Below, one piece after another: positions 44,878 to 56,418 of a stretch of 64,000 nt of DNA (positions are counted from its first letter, which is position 1; every line of letters starts with the position of its first letter). Location: assembly GCA_004431415.1 (NCBI GenBank), contig QPMI01000605.1:25767-89766 (forward strand), in the 5' to 3' direction. A model generated the notes under the pieces. The model saw only the letters and a program-made list of their open reading frames with translations. It was not told the DNA's origin and did not search any database. Source of the stretch: Cyanophora paradoxa CCMP329 (taxonomy: Eukaryota > Plantae > Glaucophyta). The position numbers were made by a program, and so were the translations under genes.

Positions 44878-47800
44878 ACGGATCGATTCCGGTATTTATA
44901 CGTATACCACGGTTCGATCGCAAAACCCCAAAAAGTGGGACCCGGTCCCGCCCGGTCCCGCGACGAAAGCGCGCCAGGGACACCCCAGTGCAATGCAGAA
45001 CGACAGAGCAGGGCGCGCGCATCGCTGCAAGCTCGATTTCGGCCGCCGTCGACGCTCCAGTGCGAAGAGTCGGCCGAAAATCTGATCCTGCCAGTTCCGT
45101 CCGGTCCCGCGGCGCGCGCATTCGATGCGTACTGGCGCGCATAGACATAGCAGGGCCTGCGCATCCCAGATATCCGCTTTTCGGAGCCGGGCCAGCTCAG
45201 GAAGGTACCCGATGGCGAAAATTCGATCCTGCACACCCCGGACATCTTTCCGCGCGCCGACGCCGCGGCGCATGCGCGGATCAATAGCATATGCATTTGA
45301 GATGTAGAAGAGGCCTTCCGCGCGCTCTGCAGATGCGCCGGACCGCGAGGACCCAGCCGACCCGAAAATTCGATCCTGGACGGACCTGCGCATCTTTCCA
45401 CACGCCCTCGCGTCCTCACCCATGCCCGTCGCTACAGTATGTATTTAACATCTTTTCAAAGCCTTTCACAAGCTCTGCGGACGCGACAGAGCATGATATC
45501 CCAGCCAACGCCAAATTTTCGATCCTGGACAGGCCTGCATGTATTTGCGCGCCCTCGCCTCCGTAGCCCTGCATGCGCACATCGATCCTCTACGCATTCG
45601 AGATTCTGTTTAAGCAATTCACAAGCTCTACGCATGCGCCTGGCCGCGAGATTCTCAATCCTCCCCTCAACACTCTCCTGTCAATTTCCTCAGCGCCTCC
45701 AGGTCAACTACAGCTAGCTGGTTGGCAGCACCTTCCCTCCCCTCGTTATATTCTCTCAGCCCCAGCAATATTAATTCCCCTGATTACATAATTATATTCT
45801 CTGAGCACAACTCCTCTCAGGACAACTCCTCCCCTAATTATATATATTCGCTCTCAGGATCCCTCCCCTCCCCTTAAATTTCATCGCCCCGCCAGGCCCC
45901 ACCCTACCCCACCCGGCCCAGCTACGACGGCCCGCGATAAATAAGGGGACCGGGACGGGGACCGCGGCGACTCATGAAATAAATACGGGCGGGGCCGCGA
46001 CGGGCCGCGATGAATAAGGGGACGCGAAGGGGGCGCAGAGGCTTCGCCCGATGTTTGGGACCCGCAGGGGCCCAGGGCTTGTCGGGCGAAGCCTCTTCGG
46101 GCGAAGCCTCTTCCGTAGATCGATGGTGAACGTGCCCATTTATTTTTTTTCCAGTCGAGTCGATTGGTCCGAGCGTCGAGGTTGACAACCTCCACAATGA
46201 AGGCGAACGGTCTCCGACGTCACTTGGCTCGACACGGACGTTACACTTATTTTTGGACTCGTGGCTCCCCTCAAATTCGATCTGCACTCCTGGGTCCTCG
46301 CACGAAAAATCGAATTTCCCTCTCGGATCAATTCCAATACTTATACCCTGGCCGCGATCGCGAAATCCCAAAACGTGGGACCCGGTCCCGCGCCAGCGAC
46401 GCCCCAAAACGGTACAGAATGAGAGCCGAGGGCGTGCGCATCGCCACAAGCTCGATTTCGGCCGCCGCCAACGCTCCAGTCGAAAGAGTCGGCCGAACTT
46501 TTGATCCTGCCGGTTCCGGCCGGTACCGCGACGCGCGCAATCGATGCGTACTGGCGCGCATAGACATAGCACGGCCTGCGCACTCCAGATACCCGCTTTT
46601 CGGAGCCGGAACAGCGCAGGAAGGTGCCCGACGGCAGAAATTCGATCCTCCACGGCCCCGGGCAACTTTCCGCGCGCCCAGGCCGCGGCGCATGCGCGGA
46701 TCAATAGTATAAGCATTTGAGATGTAGAAGAAGCCTTTCGCACGGTCTCTAAATGCGCCGGGCCGCGAGGACCCAGCCGACCCCGAAAATTCGATCCTGG
46801 ACGGACCTGCGCATCTTTCCGCGCGCCCTCCGCAGCCCTGGACATCGATCATGTAGCATTGAAGATTCTGTTTAAGCGATTTATAAGCTCTGTGCATGCG
46901 CCTGGCCGCGACAACCTCGCCCGTCCCTCGACAATCTCCTCTCATTTCCTCAGGCCTCGAGCTCAACTACAGCTAGCTGATTGGCAGCACACCTCCCTCA
47001 TTATATTCAAATGATTCTCTCTCAGCTGCAGCAATTCCCCTGATTACAAAATTATATTCTCTCAGGACAACTCCTCTCAGGACAACTCCTCCCATATTAT
47101 ATTCCCTCTCACCAGCCCTCCCTCCCCTCTCCTCTACTGACAGCCGCGACGGGCCGCGATAAATAATTAAAGGGGACGCGTACTGCTCCCCTATTTAATT
47201 TCTCTCACCAGCCCTCCCTCCCTCTCCCTGCCCACGGACCCACCGACAGCCGCGACGGGCCGCGATGATAAAGGGGGCGCGAGGAGGCGGCTGAGCTTCG
47301 CCCGACCTTGGGACCCGCAGGGGCCAGGGCTTGTCCGAGTCGATGGTGAACGCCCGATTCATTTTTTTCCATCGAATGCGATTGGTCCGAGCGTCCTGAT
47401 TCGCGACTCCGCATGAAGGAACGATCTCGACGTCACAGAGTACGGCTATCTATTTTCGCACTCATAGCCCTAGAATACCCAGAGATCCTCTCCGTGCGGG
47501 CTCGCGAAATCGAATTCCCTCCAGATCGCTCTCCTGGCATCGACGAAATCGAATCTCAGACATTCCGGTATACACGTCGATCGCGATCCAAAAAGTGGCC
47601 GTCCGCGCAGCGACGCCACGTCAATGAGCGAGGCGGCATCGCAAACCGATTCGGCCCGCCAAGCCCAGAAGAGTCGCCAACTTCTGTCGCGTACCCGCCG
47701 CAATGATGCGTACTGGCGCATAGACAAGCACGGCCTGCCTCAGTACGCTTCGGCGAACAGCAGAGTGCCGACGGCAGAAATTCGATCCTCCCGGCCCCGG

Positions 47801-50800
47801 CAACTTCCGCACGCCCAGCCGCGGCGCATGCGCGGATCAATAGTACGCATTGAGATGTAGAAGAGCCTTCGCCGGTTTAAATGCCCGGCCGCGAGGACCA
47901 GCCGCCGAAAATTCGATCCTGACGACCTCGCATCTTCCGCGCGCCTCCGCAGCCCTGACATCGATCATGTATGCATTGAAGATTCTGTTTAAGCGATTTA
48001 AGCTCTGTGCATGCGCTGGCCGCGACAACCTCGCCCGTCCCTCGACATCTCCTCTCAATTTCCTCAGGGCTCGAGCTCACTACAGCTAGCTGATTGCAGC
48101 ACCACCTCCCTCATTATATCAAATGATCTCTCTCAGCTGCAGCAATTCCCCTGATTACAAAATTATATTCTCTCAGGACAATCCTCTCAGGACAACTCCT
48201 CCCATATTATATTCCCTCTCACCAGCCTCCTCCCCTCTCCCTCTACTGACAGCCGACCCCGATAGACCGACGTCCCCTATATCTCTAAGCCTCCCCTCCT
48301 CTCTGCCCACGGACCCACCGAAGCCGCGACGGGCCGCGATGATAAAGGGGGGCGCGAGGAGGCGGCTGAGCTTCGCCCGACTTTGGGACCCGCAGGGCCA
48401 GGGCTTGTCCGTAGTCGATGGTGAACGCCCGATTCTATTTTTTTCCACTCGAATGCGATTGTCCGAGCGTCCTGATTCGCGACCTCCGCAATGAAGGCGA
48501 ACGATCTCCGACGTCACACAGAGTTACACGGCTCCATTGATCTATTTTCGCACTCATAGCTCCCCTAGAATTACCCAAGATGATCGCTCTCCGTGCCCAG
48601 TGGGCATCGGACGAAAATCGAATTTCCCTCCAGGATCGCTCCCCGTGGGCATCGACGAAAATCGAATTTCCCTCCAGGATCGATTCCGGTATTTATACCA
48701 CGGTTCGATCGCGAAACCGCAAAAAGTGGACCTGGTCCCGCCCGTCCCGCGACGAAAGCGCGCCAGGACGCCCCAGACCGCTTCAGAATGAGAGTCAAGG
48801 GCGCGCGCACCGCTGCAAGCTCGATTTCGGCCGCCGCCGACGCTCCAGTCCGAAGAGTCGGCCCAAACTTTGAGCCAGCCGGTTCCGCCCGGTCCCCCGA
48901 CACGCACATTCGATGCGTACTGGCGCGCATAGACATAGCAGGGCCTGCGCACTCCAGATATCCGCTTTTCGGAGCCGGAACAGCGCAGGAAGGTGCCCGA
49001 TGGCAGAAATTCGATCCTGCACAGCCCCGGGCAACTTTCCGCGCGCCCACGCCGCGGCGCGCGCGCGCATCAATAGTACAAGCATTTGAGATGTAGAAGA
49101 CGCATTCCGCGCGCTTTGCAGATGCGCCGGGCCGCGAGGACCCAGCCGACCCCGAAAATTCGATCCTGGACGGACCTGTGCATCTTTCCGCGCGCCATCG
49201 CATCCCCACGCACGCCCATCGCTACAGTAATCATTTGAGCTCTTTTCAAAGCCTTTTCCAAGCTCTGTGCCGGCGAGAGAGCACCAGAACCCAGCCGACG
49301 CCAAATTTCGATCCTGCACAGGCCTACACATATTTCTGCCGCCTCGCCTCTGCAGCTCTGCACCTGGAAATCGATGGTGTATGCATCCGAGATTCTGCTC
49401 AGCGATTCATAAGCTCTGCGCATGCGCCTGGCCGCGAGATTCTCAGTCCTCCCCTCGACACTCTCCTGTCAATTTCCTCCGCGCCTTCGAGGCTCCAGGT
49501 CAACAACATCTAGCTGATTGGCAGCACCACCCTCCCTCATTATATTCTCTCAGCCCCAGCAACATTAATTCCCCTAATTACATAATCATATTCTCTGAGC
49601 ACATCTCCTCTCAGAACAACTCCTCCCCTAATTATATTCCTCTCAGATCCCTCCCCTCCGCGGCCGCCAGGCCCCACCATACCCCACGTGCACCCAGCCA
49701 CCGAGAGCCACGACGGCCCGCGATAAATAAGGGACCGGGACGGGGACTTGGGCAAAGGGAGGGGCGGGCCGCGACGGGCCGCGATGAACAAGGGGACGCC
49801 AAGGGGCGACGGAGGCTTCGCCCGATGTTTGGGACCCGCAGGGGCCCAGGGCTTGTCGGCGAAGCCTCTTCCGTAGGTCGATGGTGAACGCCCGATTTAT
49901 TTTTTTCCAATCGAGTCCGATTCGTCCGAGCGTCCAGATTCGCGACCTCCGCAATGAAGGCGAACGGTCTCCGACGTCACACAGAGTTACACGGCTCCAT
50001 TGATCTATTTTCGCACTCATAGCTCCCCTAGAATTTACCCAAGACGATCGCTCTCCCGTGGGCATCGCGCGAAAATCGAATTTCCCTCACGGATCGATTC
50101 CGGTATTTATACCACGGTTCGATCGCGAAACCCAAAAAGTGGGACCCGGTCCCGCCGGTCCCGCGACGAAAGCGCGCCAGGGACGCCCCAGTGCAATGCA
50201 GAACGACAGAGCAGGGCGCGCGCATCGCTGCAAGCTCGATTTCGGCCGCCGTCGACGCTCCAGTGCGAAGAGTCGGCCGAAAATCTGATCCTGCCAGTTC
50301 CGTCCGGTCCCGCGGCGCGCGCATTCGATGCGTACTGGCGCGCATAGACATAGCAGGGCCTGCGCATCCAGATATCCGCTTTTCGGAGCCGGGCCAGCTC
50401 AGAAGGTACCCGATGGCGAAAATTCGATCCTGCACACCCCCGACATCTTTCCGCGCGCCGACACCGCGGCGCATGCGCGGATCAATAGCATATGCATTGA
50501 GATGTAGAAGAGGCCTTCCGCGCGCTCTGCAGATGCGCCGGACCGCGAGGACCCAGCCGACCCGAAAATTCGATCCTGGACGGACCTGCGCATCTTTCCA
50601 CGCGCCCTCGCGTCCTCACCCATGCCCGTCGCTACAGTATGTATTTAACATCTTTTCAAAGCCTTTCACAAGCTCTGCGGACGCGACAGAGCATGATATC
50701 CAGCCAACGCCAAATTTTCGATCCTGACAGGCCTGCATGTATTTGCGCGCCCTCGCCTCCGTAGCCCTGCATGCGCACATCGATCCTCTACGCATTCGAG

Positions 50801-53800
50801 ATTCTGTTTAAGCAATTCACAAGCTCTACGCATGCGCCTGGCCGCGAGATTCTCAATCCTCCCCTCAACACTCTCCTGTCAATTCCTCAGCGCCTCCAGG
50901 TCAACTACAGCTAGCTGGTTGGCAGCACTTCCCTCCCTCGTTATATTCTCTCAGCCCCAGCAATATTATTCCCCTGATTACATAATTATATTCTCTGAGC
51001 ACAACTCCTCTCAGACAACTCCTCCCTAAATTAATATATATTCGCTCTCAGGATCCCTCCCTCCCTTAATTTCATCGCCCCGCAGGCCCACCCTACCCCA
51101 CCGGCCCAGCTACGACGGCCCGCGATAAATAAGGGACCGGACGGGGACCGTGGACTCATGAAATAAATACGGGCGGGGCCGCGACGGGCCGCGATGAATA
51201 AGGGGGACGCAAGGGGCGGCAGAGGCTTCGCCCGATGTTGGGACCGCAGGGGCCCAGGGCTTGTCGGCGAAGCCTCTTCCGTAGGTCAATGGTGAACGCC
51301 GATCTATTTTTTTCCACTGCTCGCGATTCGTCCGAGCGTCCAGATTCGCGACCTCCGCAATGAAGGCGAACGATCTCCGACGTCACACAGAGTTACACGC
51401 CTCCATTGATCTATTTTCGCACCCATAGCTCCCTTGAATTTACCCAAGACGATTTGATCGCTCTCCCGTGAGCGTCGCGCGAAAATCGAATTTCCCTCAC
51501 GGATCAATTCCGTATTTATACCCGGTTCGATCGCGAAACTCCAAAAAGTGGACCCGGTCCCGCCGGTCTGCGACGAAAGCGCCAGGGATGTCCAGAGCGT
51601 CACAATGACAGCCAAGGGCGCGCACACCGCTGCGAGCTCGATTTCGGCCGCACCAACGCTCCAGTCCGAAGAGTCGCCGAAATTTGATCCTGCCAGTTCG
51701 TCCGGTCCCCGACGCGCGCATTCGACGCGTACCGGCGCGCATAGACATAGCAGGGCCTGCGCACTCCGATATCTGCTTTTCGAGCCGGAACAGCGCAGGA
51801 AGGTGCCCGATGGCAAAAATTCGATCCTGCACAGGCCCGGACATCTTTCGCGCGCCCACGCCGCGGCGCATGCGCGGATCAATAGCATAAGCATTTGAGA
51901 TGTATACGAAGCCTTTTGCACGGTCTCCAAATGCGCCGGGCCGCGAGACCCAGCCGCACGGGAGGAGGAGGCCGCGACGGCCGCGATGACAAGGGGACGC
52001 GAAGGGGGCGCAAGGGCTTTGCCCGATGTTGGGACCCGCAGGGCCAGGGTTGTCGAAATCCAGATCGGGCGAAGCCTCTTCCGTAGGTCAATGGTGAACG
52101 CCCGATTCTATTTTTTTCCACTGCTCCGCGATTCATCCGAGCGTCCAGGTTCGCAACCTCCGCAATGAAGGCGAACGATCTCCGACGTCACACAGAGTTA
52201 CACGCCTCCATTGATCTATTTTCGCACCCATACTCCCCTAGAATTTACCCAGACGATTTGATCGCTCTCCCGTGAGCGTCGCGCGAAAATCGAATTTCCC
52301 TCACGGATCAATCCGTATTTTATCCCGGTTCGATCGCGAAACTCCAAAAGTGGACCGGTCCCGCGACGAAAGCGCGCCAGGATGTGCCAGAGCGTCACAA
52401 TGACAGCCAAGGCGCGCGCACCGCTGCGAGCTCGATTTCGGCCGCCACCAACGCTCCAGTCGAAGAGTCGGCCGAAATTTTGATCCTGCCAGTTCCGTCC
52501 GGTCCCCGACGCGCGCATTCGACGCGTACCGGCGCGCATAGACATAGCAGGACTGCGCACTCCAATATCTGCTTTTCGAGCCAGAACAGCGCAGGAAGGT
52601 GCCCGATGGCAAAACTTCGATCCTGCACAGCCCGGACATCTTTCGCCGCCCACGCCGCGGCGCATGCGCGATCAATAGCATAAGCATTTGAGATGTATAC
52701 GAAGCCTTTTGCACGTCTCCAAATGCGCCGGGCCGCGAGACCACCGCACGGGGAGAGGAGGCCGCGACGGGCCGCGATGAACAAGGGGACGCCAAGGGGC
52801 GCAAGGGCTTCGCCCGATGTTTGGGACCCGCAGGGGCCCAGGGCTTGTCGGCGAAGCCTCTTCCGTAGGTCGATGGTGAACGCCCGATTCTATTTTTTTT
52901 CAATCGAGTCCGATTCGTCCGAGCGTCAGATTCGCCACCTCCGCAATGAAGGCGAACGGTCTCCGACGTCACACAGAGTTACACGGCTCCATTGATCTAT
53001 TTTCGCACTCATAGCTCCCCTAGAATTTACCCAAGACGATCGCTCTCCGTGGGCATCGCGCGAAATCGAATTCCCTCACGGATCGATTCGGTATTTATAC
53101 CACGTCGATCGCGAAACCCCAAAAAGTGGGACCCGGTCCCGCCGTCCCGCGACGAAAGCGCGCCAGGACGCCCCAGTGCAATGCAGAACGACAGAGCAGG
53201 CGCGCGCATCGCTGCAAGCTCGATTTCGGCCGCCGTCGACGCTCAGGCGAAGAGTCGGCCGAAATCTGATCCTGCCAGTTCCGTCCGGTCCCGCGCGCGC
53301 GCATTCGATGCGTACTGTGCGCGCATAGACATAGCAGGGCCTGCGCATCCCAATATCGCTTTCGGAGCCGGGCCAGCTCAGGAAGGTACCCGATGGCGAA
53401 AATTCGATCCTGCACACCCCGGACATCTTTCGCGCGCCGACGCCGCGGCGCATGCGCGGATCAATAGCATATGCATTTGAGATGTAGAAGAGGCCTTCCG
53501 CGCGCTCTGCAGATGCGCCGGACCGCGAGGACCCAGCCGACCCCGAAATTCGATCTGGACGGACCTGCGCATCTTTCCACACGCCCTCGCGTCCTCACCC
53601 ATGCTCGTCGCTACAGTATGTATTTAACATCTTTTCAAAGCCTTTCACAAGCTCTGCGGACGCGACAGAGCATGATATCCCAGCCAACGCCAAATTTTCG
53701 ATCCTGGACAGGCCTGCATGTATTTGCGCGCCCTCGCCTCCGTAGCCTGCATGCGCACATCGATCCTCTACGCATTCGAGATTCTGTTTAAGCAATTCAC

Positions 53801-56418
53801 AAGCTCTACGCATGCGCCTGGCCGCGAGATTCTCATCCTCCCCTCAACACTCTCCTGTCAATTTCTCAGCGCCTCCAGTCAACTCAGCTAGCTGGTGGCA
53901 GCACTTCCTCCCCTCGTTATATTCTCTCAGCCCAGCATATTAATTCCCTGATTACATAATTATATTCTCTGAGCACAACTCCTCTCAGGACAACTCCTCC
54001 CTAATTATATATATTCGCTCTCAGGATCCCTCCCTCCCCTTTCATTTCATCGCCCGCAGGCGCCACCCTACCCACTCGGCCCAGCTACGACGCCCGCGAT
54101 AAATAAGGGACCGGACGGGACCGCGGCGACTCATGAAATAAATACGGGCGGGGCCGCGACGGGCGCGATGAATAAGGGGACGCGAAGGGGCGGCAGAGGC
54201 TTCGCCCGATGGTTGGACGCAGGGGCCCAGGGCTTGTCGGGCGAAGCCTCTTCCGTAGGTCGATGGTGAACGGGCGAAATTATTTTTTTCCACTCGAATC
54301 CGATTGGTCCGAGCGTCGAGCTTGACAACCTCCACGATGAAGGCGAACGGTCTCCGACGTTACATAGCTGAACACGGACATTACACTTATTTTGGACTCG
54401 TGGCTCCCCTCAAATTCCGTCCGGACTCCTGGGTCCCCGCGCGAAAATCGAATTTCGCTCCTGGATCGATTCCGGTATTTATACCCCGGTTCGATCGCGA
54501 AGCGCCAAAAAGTGGACCCGGTCCCGCCCGGTCCGCGACGAAGCGCGCAGGGATGTCCCAGAACGGTCACAATGACAGCCAAGAGCGCGCGCATTGTGGC
54601 AAGCTCGATTTCGCCGCCGCCGACGCTCCACTCCAGAGAGTCGGCCGAAATTTGATCCTGCCGGTTCCGCCCGGTCCCCGACGCGCGCAATCGATGCGTA
54701 CTGCGCGCATAGACATAGCAGGCCTGCGCACTCCAGATATCCGCTTTTCGCAGCCGAACAGCGCAGGAATGTGCCGATGGCAAAATTCGATCCTGCACGG
54801 CCCCGGACATCTTTCCGCGCGCCGACGTCGCCGCGCATGCGCGATCAATAGTATAAGCATTGGAGATGTAGAAAATGCATTCTCATGCTTAACTGATGCG
54901 CCGGGCGCCAGGATCCAGCCGACCCCAAAATTTGATCCTGGACGGACCTGCGATCTTTCCGCACGCCCTCGCGTCCTCACCCATGCCCATCGCTACAGTA
55001 TTTATAAACATCTTTTCAAAGCGTTTCGCAAGCTCTGCGACGCGACGGAGCACGAGAACCCAGCCGACGCCAAATTCCCCATCCTGACAGGCCTGCATGT
55101 ATTTTCGCGCGCCCTCGCCTCCGTATCCCTGGACATCGATCATGTATGTATCCGAGAGTCTGTTTAAACGATTCACAAGCTCTACGCATGCGCCTGGCCG
55201 CGAGATTCTCAATCCTCCCGTCAACGCTCTCCTGTCATTTCTCAGCGCCTGCATGTATTTTCGCGCGCCCTCGCTCCGTAGCCTGCACATCGACAGAGAG
55301 CGCATCCAGATTCTGTTTAAGCAATTCACAAGCTCTACGCATGCGCCTCGCCGCGAGATTCTCAATCCTCCCATCCGCGAGATTCTGTTTAAGAGATGCA
55401 TGAACTCTGTGCATGCGCCTGCAGCTGGCCGCGAGAACCTCGCCTCCCCTCAACACTCTCCTGTCAATTTCCTCAGCGCTCCAGGTCAACTACAGCTAGC
55501 TGATTGGCAGCACCATCCCTCCCCTCATTATATTCTCTCAGCCCCAGCAATATTAATTCCCCTGATTACATAATTATATTCTTGAGCACAACTCCTCTCA
55601 GGACAACTCCTCCCTAATTATATATATTCGCTCTCAGGATCCCTCCCTCCCCTTTCATTTCATCGCCCGCCAGGCGCCACCCTACCCCACTCGGCCCAGC
55701 TACGACGCCCGCGATAAATAAGGGACCGGGACGGGGACCGCGGCGACTCATGAAATAATACGGGCGGGGCCGCGACGGGCCGCGATGAATAAGGGGACGC
55801 GAAGGGGCGGCAGAGGCTCGCCCGATGGTTGGACCCGCAGGGCCAGGGCTTGTCGGGCGAAGCCTCTTCCGTAGGTCGATGGTGAACGGCGAAATTATTT
55901 TTTTCCACTCGAATCCGATTGGTCCGAGCGTCGAGCTTGACAACCTCCACGATGAAGGCGAACGGTCTCCGACGTTACATAGCTGAACACGGACATTACA
56001 CTTATTTTTGGACTCGTGCTCCCCTCAATTCCGTCGGACTCTGGTCCCCGCGCGAAAATCGAATTTCGCTCCTGGATCGATTCGGTATTTATACCCCCGG
56101 TTCGATCGCGAAGCGCCAAAAAGTGGGACCGTCCCGCCCGGCCGCGACGAAAGCGCGCCAGGGATGTCCCAGAACGGTCACAATGACAGCCAAGAGCGCG
56201 CGCATTGTGGCAAGCTCGATTTCGGCCGCCGCCGACGCTCCACTCCAGAGAGTCGGCCGAAATTTTGATCCTGCCGTTCCGCCCGGTCCCCCGACGCGCG
56301 CAATCGATGCGTACTGGCGCGCATAGACATAGCAGGGCCTGCGCACTCCAGATATCCGCTTTTCGCAGCCGGAACAGCGCAGGAATGTGCCCGATGGCAA
56401 AATTCGATCCTGCACGGC

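Larger units (their letters stand above)
26220..56418. repeat. GC-rich complex satellite, ~1.0-1.3 kb diverged units with ~120-bp internal subrepeats, roughly 20 or more units
   Basis: Recurring modules: AAAATTCGATCCTG...CATCTTTCCGCGCGCC (usually 3 per unit, 6 at ~31170-31800), CT-rich AATTATATTC tract, GGCTTCGCCCGA hairpin, CAATGAAGGCGAACGGTCTCCGACG. Near-exact tandem copies have 1277-bp (33.4-35.9 kb) and 999-bp (37.7-39.7 kb) periods. Confidence 0.92.

Noticed and set aside
47150-48500. Apparently highly diverged satellite subfamily
   Set aside because: The differences are mostly scattered single-base deletions relative to neighbouring units, typical of low-coverage long-read consensus.
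26220-56418. Hammerhead-ribozyme (retrozyme) or rDNA identity for the tandem units
   Set aside because: No CTGANGA...GAAA core with flanking stems was found by eye (units have CTGATTGG), and no rRNA-conserved sequence was recognised. A covariance-model search would be needed to exclude other ribozymes.
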